Positions 7,782-16,689 of a stretch of DNA of 32,000 nucleotides are shown piece by piece. This DNA is from Erysipelothrix larvae. GTDB lineage: Bacteria; Bacillota_I; Bacilli_A; Erysipelotrichales; Erysipelotrichaceae. Position numbers and translations under genes: made by a program. The notes below the pieces were generated by a model. The model was not told the origin of the DNA, ran no database searches, and saw only the letters and a program-made list of their open reading frames with translations. The stretch spans positions 630,001 to 662,000 of the forward strand of contig NZ_CP013213.1 in NCBI RefSeq assembly GCF_001545095.1, read 5' to 3'. How positions within the stretch are numbered: the stretch's first letter is position 1; the number at the start of each line of letters is the position of its first letter.

Positions 7782-9122
7782 ATGGTTAACAGAATCTTTG
7801 AATCAATCCAACCGAATTTCTTTCGTATTCTTTCCAATGCTTCAAAGTTTGAGTACGCAGAGTGCTTAGCACTGTTGTATGAATCCCTCTCAGAATCTAA
7901 TGAGTATACCATGCTCAGACACGATGCTGTTTTAATCTTACAAAACTACTTCGAACAGATTCGCCTTAAATCAGATGAGACTTTGGTTCAAACAAGTCGA
8001 GATCGTGCGAATAATTATTTGCGTGAAATGAAGGAAACCGGATGGGTTGAAGAAGATATCGGCGCAAACTATCAACAAATGCTCTCCCTATCAGAAACCG
8101 CAGTCCAGTTTCTGATTTTTATCGATACCTTGAAGTATGATACAGAGCTCAAATACTCCAGTCAAATTTATGCCATTTACCGCAGTTTTAAACCATTTGA
8201 TCTTGAGAAAGGGGAGCTTGTACTTGAAGAAGCCTACAAAAATACCGTCTCTTTTTTTGATAGTTTAAGACGACTCAATACAAGTATCAAGAAATACATT
8301 CAAAAAATCTTTGATGAATCCATCACCAATGACTTATCAGAACTGTTTCAACTGCTGACGGGAGAGTATCAATTGAAAATTGTGGATGCAGCCTATTACC
8401 ATTTATTAACGAAGGATAATCCAAGTCAATATACCTTTACAATAACCGATAGCATTGAACGCATTCTTTCAGATTATGATGCAATGCATGAAATGAGCCT
8501 CAGAAATGCAGTAGATAATGAAAGTTATGAACGGAATTACCAAGACCTTCAACTAAAACTGACCTATATGTTGGAGAAATTCTTAAACATCCAAACATTG
8601 ATCCATGAAATCAACAAGAAGAATCAAGCCTTTGTGACCTCGGCAATTGGCCGTATCTATTTTTTAATGAACGAATCAACCGATATCACGGGGAGTATCA
8701 ATGAACTGATTAAAAACATGGCACTATATCCAGACTTTGAAGTGGAAGGCTTATTAAGTGATGTCAGTATTCTCGATGATGCCTCCTTGGCTTCACCGCG
8801 TAAACGCACCCTGAAAGAATCGTCCTATATTGAAGAAATGGATGAAACACAACGGGATATCAGTGGAATCCAAGATAAACTGGTTGAATTAAGCAAATAC
8901 TCGAAACAACAAGTCGATCGGATTGTGCTTGAACTCCTAAAAGGGAAGCAGTGGATCCATGTTAAGGAGTATGACACCCTTGACGTCACCATGGTTACGC
9001 TCATCTTCTTATATGGGTACGCATATGATGCGTCCTACACGATTGAACAAACACCCGACACCTACATCAACCAAGAAGGCAAAGTACTGGGGAATTATAT
9101 TATCAGAAGGAGACCTGTATGA
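7782..9122 (+). CDS. jetA: Wadjet JetA-like subunit (kleisin-like, MksF/DUF3375-type)
   Basis: 446 aa from the ATG at 7782 (AAGGAGG 5 nt upstream). The track start at 7776 is a GTG inside the RBS spacing. It is the first gene of a four-gene operon, with the size and position expected for JetA. Its N-terminus (FFRILSNASKFEYAECLALLYESL) resembles MksF/JetA N-termini. The call rests mainly on context. Confidence 0.7.
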   Translation: MVNRIFESIQPNFFRILSNASKFEYAECLALLYESLSESNEYTMLRHDAVLILQNYFEQIRLKSDETLVQTSRDRANNYLREMKETGWVEEDIGANYQQMLSLSETAVQFLIFIDTLKYDTELKYSSQIYAIYRSFKPFDLEKGELVLEEAYKNTVSFFDSLRRLNTSIKKYIQKIFDESITNDLSELFQLLTGEYQLKIVDAAYYHLLTKDNPSQYTFTITDSIERILSDYDAMHEMSLRNAVDNESYERNYQDLQLKLTYMLEKFLNIQTLIHEINKKNQAFVTSAIGRIYFLMNESTDITGSINELIKNMALYPDFEVEGLLSDVSILDDASLASPRKRTLKESSYIEEMDETQRDISGIQDKLVELSKYSKQQVDRIVLELLKGKQWIHVKEYDTLDVTMVTLIFLYGYAYDASYTIEQTPDTYINQEGKVLGNYIIRRRPV

Positions 9123-9757
9123 ACAAAGCAGAAGAACTCAAGAACTTTTCAATGAAGTTCTCACGACAAACCGAAAAGGAACAAGAACAGTTTTCTGAAA
9201 TCGTCAACAAACTGTTACGCTGTAATTATCTATGTCGCGATAATCCGTCCGATCGCTCCCACTATTTTGACGCTCTGATTATCCGTGAAGACATGCGTGC
9301 TTATTTATCCATCATAGATACCGATATCATCATCGATGAACTCAATGGTGTAATCGGACTTAAAGTCAACGGTGAATCCAGTCACCACCGATTAAGACTG
9401 CGTGAAACGATTATTCTTCTGTGCTTGCGTAAACTTTTCTTCATTAAGAAACAATCCGTGTCGATGATTGATACGATCGCGGTAACCCTTGAAGAAATCA
9501 TGCAAGAACTCCTCAATACGGGATACTTTGAAAAAGGGGTTGGGAAAACAGAATTTGAAACCACCCTTAGAAAACTTAAATCCTATCATCTCATCGACTA
9601 CTCATTCACCCAATCACCCGATGTCATTATCCTATGGCCATCCTTGCTGCATGCAGTAAATGCCAATACCTTAGAAGAAATCCAAAAGAAACTCGATGTA
9701 TACAAAGACAATATGGAGGTAGACGATGAAAATACTGAAGAAGATAAAGCTGATTAA
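9119..9757 (+). CDS. jetB: Wadjet JetB-like subunit (KITE-like, MksE/DUF4194-type)
   Basis: 212 aa. Its start overlaps the jetA stop as ATGA (9119-9122). The pattern MRAYLSIIDTDIIIDELNGVIGLK...HHRLRLRETIILLCLRKLF matches my memory of MksE/DUF4194 proteins. It has an acidic C-terminal tail. Confidence 0.7.
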   Translation: MNKAEELKNFSMKFSRQTEKEQEQFSEIVNKLLRCNYLCRDNPSDRSHYFDALIIREDMRAYLSIIDTDIIIDELNGVIGLKVNGESSHHRLRLRETIILLCLRKLFFIKKQSVSMIDTIAVTLEEIMQELLNTGYFEKGVGKTEFETTLRKLKSYHLIDYSFTQSPDVIILWPSLLHAVNANTLEEIQKKLDVYKDNMEVDDENTEEDKAD

Positions 9758-12700
9758 TTGGCATATTTTTTCCAATGAAACCATTGAATTATCGGGGAAT
9801 ACGTTAATCACGGGTGAAAATGGCAGTGGGAAGTCAACCATCCTGGATGCCATGCAATACATCCTTACGGCAGGCTCAACGAAATTCAATATGGCAGCCA
9901 ATGAAAGCAGCACTCGAACTTTAGTCTCTTATGTCCGTGGAAAACTCGGGGTAGAAGGCAAGGAATTCATTCGAAGTGGTGATGTAGTCAGTCACATTGC
10001 CTTGGAATTCTATAACGAAGAATCCGATGTAATTCAAGTGTTGGGTGTGGTCCTTGAAGTTGGTGCACAATCAATGGCAAAACCCCACTTCTATAAAGTT
10101 GATCAACCTTTTGAAGATGCATGGTTCCTAGAAGATCGAAAAGTCCGGAATTATGCGGAGTTCAAACAAACCCTAAAAGGCCTTCAAATCGAGTTGGATA
10201 CACCCACTACCGCTACCCAAAGACGCACTCTATTTATGAACACAATGGGTTTAGATCTAAAATACCGTGAACTCATACCCAGAGCCTTAGCCTTTCGCCC
10301 CGTCAATGATATCCAAGACTTTATCTACCGCTATCTTCTGAATGAACAAAACATCGACATTGATGCTTTACGAGATAGCATTCGCGAGTACCGCCGCTTA
10401 GAGAAACAATTGGAACATGAACAACGTTACTTCCAAAAACTTGAAATTATTGATGCGAAATACACACAATTAAAAAAACAGGAATATGAAGTTTCGGTCA
10501 ATGAAAGTGCGATTCAATTGTTAAGGTTGAATCTATATAAGAACACCATTGAAGTAAATGAGAAACAGATCTATGGGGACCAACAACGCTTAAAACAACT
10601 TGCCAAGTCAAAAGAGCAAGCCAATGAGCGTTTGGGAATCTATCAAGAAGCCCTGGCGGATATGCGAAAGAATCCAACTCTAGAGCGCTTAGAAAAACTT
10701 AAACTCGCACTGGCTCACGCTAAAAAAGAATATGAATCAAATGAAGCAATCTTAAAACATGTCGAAACTGAATATCATCGGTTAATAAAAACACTGAAGT
10801 CCGTGGATTTTAAAGAAACCATTCATGATGGTAATGATGTTCAAGCAATCCAAAACCAACTTGCATCCATTAAGAAAGCAGTGGATCAAAAACTAAAGAC
10901 GACCTATCTTCAAAAAATTAAATATGAGGAAGAGATCGAAGCGACGCATCGCACACGCTTGGAACTCGAACATGACATTGAACGGCTCAAACGCCAACAA
11001 CAAGTTTATCCAGAGAACGTCAAAAAACTCATTGTCGTCTTAAAAGAACGCTTGAGTGAGTTTTACCATGAAAGTGTTGAAGTCCGTCCACTTTTTGAAT
11101 ACCTTGAAATCAAGGATGAATCATGGCGTAACGCCATTGAAGGGTATTTGAATACACAACGCTTTAATATCATTGTGGAGCCTCGCTATTTTGATATGGC
11201 AGTCAAAATATATGACCAAATCAAACACGACATGAATATTTATGGTGTACGAGTTGTGGACGTTTTAAAAACACATGGCAAAAAAGCTCTGGAAGGTTCC
11301 TTAGCACAACACCTTACAGTCATGGACGAATATGTGTTGGGTTATATGAACTATTTATTAGGGTCAGTAATCTGTGTTGATTCAGTATCAAACTTGAAAG
11401 AACATCCCATTTCCATAACTCAAGAAGCCATGGTTTACAAAGGCTATGCCGTGTTTGCCATTCGACCTGAGATTTATAAACGCCCTTACATAGGTCAAGC
11501 TGCGATCCAGATACAACTGACTCAACGTCAAGAAGAACACAAAGCGCTTATGCAAACCTTGATTGAAAAACGGCAACACAAAGATGCTCTTGAAGTTGTT
11601 GAAAACACGCTAGAGTCCATTAATATCTTAAATCTTGAAGTCAGCATCTCAGGTTTAAAGGATCGAAAAACACTCTTTGAAACTTATAAACTGAATGAAG
11701 ATGCCGTGAATCAAATCCAAAGTAATCCGAATCTCACACTTCAACTTCAAAAAGCACAAGAGCTTGAAGTCAACATCAAGACCTTACAACAAGAGATATC
11801 AAGAAGTGATCAAGCAATCGGGGGACTGAACAGGAATATTGCTGCCACAACTGAAAAGAATGAAGATGTTAAGGCAACCTATGAAATCCTTTATGATGCG
11901 TATGAGCGTACCAAAGATGACAATCCAAGCCTTCTATTTGATGCAGAAGCCACCATGAAATCCAGTTTAGATGCGTCAAGTCACAATCACCAACGTGCCA
12001 TGGATACGCTTCAGACACAAAACAAAGCCTTGAGTGCGAACTTTGTAGATCAAAAATTGTCTTTACAACAAGATATGAGTGAGTATAACCACATGAGTAA
12101 CAGTGGCTATGGTGTGGGTCTTGAATGCATTGATCAATACCTTACACGATATTATAAACTTCGTGATGTTGATTTGATTGCATCACGCAACAGTTGTCGG
12201 CAAGCACGAGAAAAAAGTGAACAACAATTCCATGACAGCTTCATTCACCAGCTCTCACAAAATATCAAACAAGCACGCAGAAATATTGATCTTCTAAATC
12301 GCCAATTGCGTAAGCATACCTTTAGGGATGAGCAATATCGCTTTGACATCTCAGCCAGCAAATCACCGCACTTTGCACAATACTATAAGATCATAACCTC
12401 TGATAAAGAAGCATTCCCAAGTAATCTGTTTATGCAAATGCTGTCGCAACAAGAAAGTGAAGTCATGAAGGAACTATTCAGACGCATTACTGCCTTTGAT
12501 GATGATGGTAAAAATGAACAAGAACTCAGACGCTATACGGATTATCGAAACTACATGAGTTACGATATTATCACAACCAAGGAGAATGGTGATATTACCC
12601 GCTTATCCACAGTGATTAAAGAGAAATCAGGGGGTGAAACCCAAACGCCATTTTATGTGACGATTGCTGCATCCTTTGAACAACTTATCTCAAAGATATC

Positions 12701-12938
12701 AATGGTTGATTCAGGGTGTGTCGTGCTTTTTGATGAAGCCTTCAACAATATGGACTCTCAACGCATTCGTGCCATGTTAGAGTTCTACAATAACCTCAAT
12801 ATTCAAATTGTGATTGCAGTACCACCCGATCGCATCGCATCAATCAGTGAACATGTGGATACGGTCCTTGCAGTAGGACGCAGTGGAAACAGCGGATTCA
12901 CGCAAAGGATTCAATATGGAAAAAACGACACCCAATAG
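9726..12938 (+). CDS. jetC: Wadjet JetC-like SMC-family ATPase (MksB/MukB-like)
   Basis: 1070 aa with GGAGG 6 nt upstream. Walker A is GENGSGKST (9813-9839). About 850 aa of heptad-rich, coiled-coil-like sequence follow. The ABC signature-like SGGE is at 12627-12638 and Walker B VVLFDE at 12720-12737. The start overlaps jetB by 32 nt. Confidence 0.9.
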   Translation: MKILKKIKLINWHIFSNETIELSGNTLITGENGSGKSTILDAMQYILTAGSTKFNMAANESSTRTLVSYVRGKLGVEGKEFIRSGDVVSHIALEFYNEESDVIQVLGVVLEVGAQSMAKPHFYKVDQPFEDAWFLEDRKVRNYAEFKQTLKGLQIELDTPTTATQRRTLFMNTMGLDLKYRELIPRALAFRPVNDIQDFIYRYLLNEQNIDIDALRDSIREYRRLEKQLEHEQRYFQKLEIIDAKYTQLKKQEYEVSVNESAIQLLRLNLYKNTIEVNEKQIYGDQQRLKQLAKSKEQANERLGIYQEALADMRKNPTLERLEKLKLALAHAKKEYESNEAILKHVETEYHRLIKTLKSVDFKETIHDGNDVQAIQNQLASIKKAVDQKLKTTYLQKIKYEEEIEATHRTRLELEHDIERLKRQQQVYPENVKKLIVVLKERLSEFYHESVEVRPLFEYLEIKDESWRNAIEGYLNTQRFNIIVEPRYFDMAVKIYDQIKHDMNIYGVRVVDVLKTHGKKALEGSLAQHLTVMDEYVLGYMNYLLGSVICVDSVSNLKEHPISITQEAMVYKGYAVFAIRPEIYKRPYIGQAAIQIQLTQRQEEHKALMQTLIEKRQHKDALEVVENTLESINILNLEVSISGLKDRKTLFETYKLNEDAVNQIQSNPNLTLQLQKAQELEVNIKTLQQEISRSDQAIGGLNRNIAATTEKNEDVKATYEILYDAYERTKDDNPSLLFDAEATMKSSLDASSHNHQRAMDTLQTQNKALSANFVDQKLSLQQDMSEYNHMSNSGYGVGLECIDQYLTRYYKLRDVDLIASRNSCRQAREKSEQQFHDSFIHQLSQNIKQARRNIDLLNRQLRKHTFRDEQYRFDISASKSPHFAQYYKIITSDKEAFPSNLFMQMLSQQESEVMKELFRRITAFDDDGKNEQELRRYTDYRNYMSYDIITTKENGDITRLSTVIKEKSGGETQTPFYVTIAASFEQLISKISMVDSGCVVLFDEAFNNMDSQRIRAMLEFYNNLNIQIVIAVPPDRIASISEHVDTVLAVGRSGNSGFTQRIQYGKNDTQ

Positions 12939-14127
12939 CATACTTAACGTGCTTGTGGATAAGTACGAAAGCTCTGAAATCTCAAAAAAGAAATCCAACC
13001 GTAACATCGCCATCAAGATAAAGATGGTAAACTACGACGAAGAATACTATGATTCACGCGCGTTTAAACGGTACCAAGCATATCAAGATACCTTCAACTT
13101 ACTCACGAGCCTTGATTTTGTGAGTGTTGAATCTGAAGGGGAATACGTCCTTTCAATCATGCTCAATCTCAACAAAATTGACGCGATTTATGAATGGTTA
13201 GGACGTACGAACATCAAAGTATTCCGACAGGAACGCTTAGAAATCCTCAGAAACCACAACACACACCGTGAACTAGCACCCGTCTGTACCTTTCTCATCG
13301 AGCGTGAAATGAGCTTTAAATCCAACAAGCAATACTTTAAAGATGCTCATGAGCTCAAAGAAATCTTAAAAGCTATCGCTTACTTAGAAACACAAAGAGA
13401 TTTTGAATGTACGCTTCGCCAAGCATCACAGATTATCTATGGCAATACCAAACGACTGGAAGCACTTCAAGGAAAAGTCAGTAAACTGTTGCGTGCAGTG
13501 GAACCAACACTTGAAGGGCAAACCGATCAATCCATATTTGAGTTGTATGGCATTGTAAGAAATCCAACATATATCTATCTAAAAGGGTCTATGAACTTAA
13601 CCATTAAAAACCAAGTCATTCAATTAGGTACATTGGGAGGAAGTCTGGGATTTTCATCCGATCTTCTTCAAGATTTATCCATCAGTGGTGAAGGACCACG
13701 GTATTTGATCACGGTGGAGAACCTTGACACCTTTCACAAAATCCAGCCAACACAGGGTGTGATTGTATACTTAGGCGGGTTTCACAATGCAGCAAAACGA
13801 AGTTTTCTACAACGAATTTATACACACTCCCCAAACATTCACTATTATCACTTTGGGGATATTGATGCAGGCGGATTCTCGATTTTTCAAGACCTTATCA
13901 AAAAGACAACCATCCCATTTGAACCCATGTTGATGGATGTAGAATGCTTACACACCTATCATAACTTCACACGCCCCTTAACACAAAATGACAAGACTGC
14001 ACTTGAAGCAATGCGAAATACGTCATTTTGCGCAGTCATTGATTATATGTTACGTGAAAACGTTAAACTTGAACAAGAAATCGTGGATGCTAGTGTGTTT
14101 ATCTCAAATCTTGATAATCATCAATAA
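12916..14127 (+). CDS. jetD: Wadjet JetD-like Toprim nuclease (MksG-like; DUF3322 plus DUF2220-type C-terminus)
   Basis: 403 aa from the ATG at 12916 (AAAGGA 6 nt upstream). The track start at 12883 has no RBS. The C-terminal half carries Toprim-like motifs: LITVENLDTF (VEN at 13714-13722) and HFGDIDAGGFSIF (GDIDAGG at 13855-13875). It overlaps the jetC end by 23 nt. Confidence 0.85.
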   Translation: MEKTTPNSILNVLVDKYESSEISKKKSNRNIAIKIKMVNYDEEYYDSRAFKRYQAYQDTFNLLTSLDFVSVESEGEYVLSIMLNLNKIDAIYEWLGRTNIKVFRQERLEILRNHNTHRELAPVCTFLIEREMSFKSNKQYFKDAHELKEILKAIAYLETQRDFECTLRQASQIIYGNTKRLEALQGKVSKLLRAVEPTLEGQTDQSIFELYGIVRNPTYIYLKGSMNLTIKNQVIQLGTLGGSLGFSSDLLQDLSISGEGPRYLITVENLDTFHKIQPTQGVIVYLGGFHNAAKRSFLQRIYTHSPNIHYYHFGDIDAGGFSIFQDLIKKTTIPFEPMLMDVECLHTYHNFTRPLTQNDKTALEAMRNTSFCAVIDYMLRENVKLEQEIVDASVFISNLDNHQ

Positions 14128-14153
14128 AATAACGGGCTCTAATTTGAAATAAT

Positions 14154-14193
14154 TAAAAAAAGGTCCAGAGGATTTAAGTCTTCTGGACCTTTA
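14154..14193. terminator. Hairpin terminator between the convergent jetD and EIIC genes
   Basis: AGGTCCAGA...TCTGGACCT is a 9-bp stem at 14161-14190. The A-run at 14155-14160 upstream gives a strong T-run for the minus-strand gene. Only TTAT follows on the plus strand. Confidence 0.6.
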
Positions 14194-14220
14194 TGTTACA
14201 ACGTGAATAATAATGGATAT

Positions 14221-15300
14221 TTACATACCACCCTTATTTTCAAAGACACTTGCATCATAGAGCTTAAACACCTTGCGATAGAGCATATCGCTAAAAAGGG
14301 CACTGACTACGGGGACGATAAAGAAACATAAGCAGACAATTCCCAGTTGAAGTAAGCTAGAAGTACCATTTGAAACACCTGCTTCAAAGGCAGCAAGTGG
14401 ACCTACTAAACCTACAATACCAAATCCTGAAGATTGCGCCGTTCCCGCGATGTTAAAGAGTGATGCAACAAGACCACTGATTGCTGAAGTGGTGATAATC
14501 GGAAGGCAAATGATTGGATGTTTCACAAGATTTGGAATCATCATTTTCATTGCACCTAAGAAAACAGCAAGTGTCACACCTTTTTCATTGTTCGCACGGA
14601 TTGATCCAACAACAAGCATGATTGCACAAGCACCCACACCAATTGCTGCAGCTCCAGCTGATAGACCGTTTAGCCCAACTGCAAGCCCAATCGCAACGGT
14701 TGATATTGGTGTGATGATAATAATTGAAAACGATATTGCAATTAACACACACATTAAGATGACTTGCATATTTGTAAAGGTGTTAATGAGTGTACCAATT
14801 TGACTGGTAATACTACTTACATAAGGTAGGATTAATACCCCGATAAATCCTGGTAATGCACCACCTAGAATTGGAAGCAATACTACCGTAAGTGATCCAA
14901 GTTTATCCTTGAAGAGATCAATGAGGATGACTGCAAAAAACGCAGTAAACATAACATTGAACAGATCTCCGGTTCCCGCAATTTTCCAATAGTTATCTGC
15001 TACTTGATAGGTAACAACCCCTGACCCAATAAATGTCGCCGCAGATAGGCATGCGCTTTGGATGCCATTATAGCCAAACTGAAGCCCAATCAACGCTCCA
15101 ATAACAAGTGGGACTGTAAATTGAATTGCATATACGACTTCCCATAATGTTTGGAAAATATCCATATTTGTTGACTTGTATAAGACTGAAAAGACTTGGC
15201 CAAGTATTGCATTTGGAATCAGTGCGACAACAATCCCTGTCGCAACACCCCCTAATATTTTATTCAGATACTCATTCGGTTTATGTCTAAAGATTGACAT
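14221..15300 (-). CDS. Polytopic membrane transporter, probably the PTS EIIC_2-type sugar permease family
   Basis: About 359 aa, highly hydrophobic and Gly/Ala-rich. The N-terminus YLNKILGGVATGIVVALIPNAILGQVF resembles PTS_EIIC_2 proteins as I recall them. I prefer the ATG at 15298-15300 (GGGAGGA 9 nt upstream) over the track start at 15318. Confidence 0.55.
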   Translation of the reverse strand: MSIFRHKPNEYLNKILGGVATGIVVALIPNAILGQVFSVLYKSTNMDIFQTLWEVVYAIQFTVPLVIGALIGLQFGYNGIQSACLSAATFIGSGVVTYQVADNYWKIAGTGDLFNVMFTAFFAVILIDLFKDKLGSLTVVLLPILGGALPGFIGVLILPYVSSITSQIGTLINTFTNMQVILMCVLIAISFSIIIITPISTVAIGLAVGLNGLSAGAAAIGVGACAIMLVVGSIRANNEKGVTLAVFLGAMKMMIPNLVKHPIICLPIITTSAISGLVASLFNIAGTAQSSGFGIVGLVGPLAAFEAGVSNGTSSLLQLGIVCLCFFIVPVVSALFSDMLYRKVFKLYDASVFENKGGM

Positions 15301-15530
15301 TATTAATTTCCTCCCCATTTATATATCTAAAAAACACTTAAAAAACACTAACATGCACAGAATTATGTGTCAATGTGTGATAAACGCAATATTAGAAAGG
15401 ATAAATCAGTATAACTGAATAAAATGAGCATATAATGTATTGAATGTGAATGATAACGTTATTGATGAGTATTGATAAATTTGATAACGCGAAAAATAAG
15501 ATGTATGAGTGAAGCACAAAAAAAACACAA

Positions 15531-15571
15531 AAAAAACCAAAGTACTCAATCACGTGAAGCACTTTGGTTTT
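15531..15571 (-). terminator. Intrinsic terminator after the oxidoreductase gene
   Basis: AACCAAAGT (15535-15543) pairs with ACTTTGGTT (15561-15569). The long A-run upstream on the plus strand becomes a T-run on the minus strand. Confidence 0.55.
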
Positions 15572-15586
15572 GAATCGATGGTTGAT

Positions 15587-16603
15587 TTAATACCATTCCA
15601 TTGGATAGGTTAAGTATTCAATCGGTAATAGTTTTTCTGCTGTGATGAATCCTGCAGGAGCTTTTAATACTGAAGGAATCCGATTCACAATTGTTGCACA
15701 GGTATGTGCTACTGTATCTGGTTTCTCAACTGAGAATACCATATCAGGTTCACCAAAGAACTTCCAATCACATTGGTCACCTTGGTCAGGTAGGTAAACT
15801 TTACCCACACATTGCACAACGAGTTCAACCCCTTGATAGGTCTTGATGGTTGTGACTGCAGACATACCTACAGCATTGCCTTTAGGAATGGTTTCACCCA
15901 ATGTTTCTGAATAAATGTCTTCATCAAGGATGATCGGAACACTCTTTTGTGAGATATCTTTAATCACCCAACCCATTTTAGCACAAATGCCTTCACCTGC
16001 ATTCCACATATAGGATGGGAAGGATTCTTGTGAAGCAATTTCTTGATCAAATGCTTCAGGTGTGAGTCCAACACCATGTGCTTTCGCAAGTGCTAATCCA
16101 TAGTCTTCAACATTATAGCTCACAATGCCTTCCATACGATCAATGCGATTAACACCACCCGCTACAAGACATGGCATGTTGATCCAATAGATATCTTGCA
16201 TACCAGAACCTGTAATCGTGATGCCGTGTTCTTTCGCAAGACGATCCAATTTATTGGTTTGTGCAGGGGATGTGTTCCATGGATAGATTGCTTCTTCGCA
16301 TGTTGTTACAACATTCACCCCATTCTTTGCACACATTTCAAAGAATTCGTACATTTCTGGCATGTAACTAAAGATTGTGACAAGTGCCACATCTGCATCA
16401 CAGTTATCAAACACAGCTTGTGCATCAGCTGTAATGGTTATCCCTGTTTTATACCCAAAGTTGGCATAATCACCAATATCCATGCCTTGGAGTTCAGGAT
16501 TATTATCAATGGCACCGACAATCTCTGCACCATGATCCTTAAGATATCGAAGTGCAACCTGAGACATCTTACCACAACCATACTGTATAACTTTAATTTT
16601 CAT
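15587..16603 (-). CDS. NAD(P)-binding DapB-like oxidoreductase (2,4-diaminopentanoate / amine dehydrogenase-like family)
   Basis: The start [21 protein letters not shown] is a Rossmann N-terminus. The ATG at 16601-16603 follows AAAAGGAGGAAAATTGCT. The track GTG at 16642 is a spurious extension. The substrate is unknown. Confidence 0.55.
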   Translation of the reverse strand: MKIKVIQYGCGKMSQVALRYLKDHGAEIVGAIDNNPELQGMDIGDYANFGYKTGITITADAQAVFDNCDADVALVTIFSYMPEMYEFFEMCAKNGVNVVTTCEEAIYPWNTSPAQTNKLDRLAKEHGITITGSGMQDIYWINMPCLVAGGVNRIDRMEGIVSYNVEDYGLALAKAHGVGLTPEAFDQEIASQESFPSYMWNAGEGICAKMGWVIKDISQKSVPIILDEDIYSETLGETIPKGNAVGMSAVTTIKTYQGVELVVQCVGKVYLPDQGDQCDWKFFGEPDMVFSVEKPDTVAHTCATIVNRIPSVLKAPAGFITAEKLLPIEYLTYPMEWY

Positions 16604-16689
16604 AGCAATTTTCCTCCTTTTCTTATTTGCTAATCTTTTCACTAATAGTATAATGTCTATAGTAAGTATAGAGTCAAGGGGGCGAAATT

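Noticed and set aside
8959-11579. Track ORFs 8959-9198 (+), 9382-9564 (-), 9392-9589 (-), 9671-9913 (-) and 11388-11579 (-) inside the jet genes
   Set aside because: These are alternative-frame or antisense ORFs within long, coherent jetA, jetB and jetC frames. None has an RBS or recognisable motifs.
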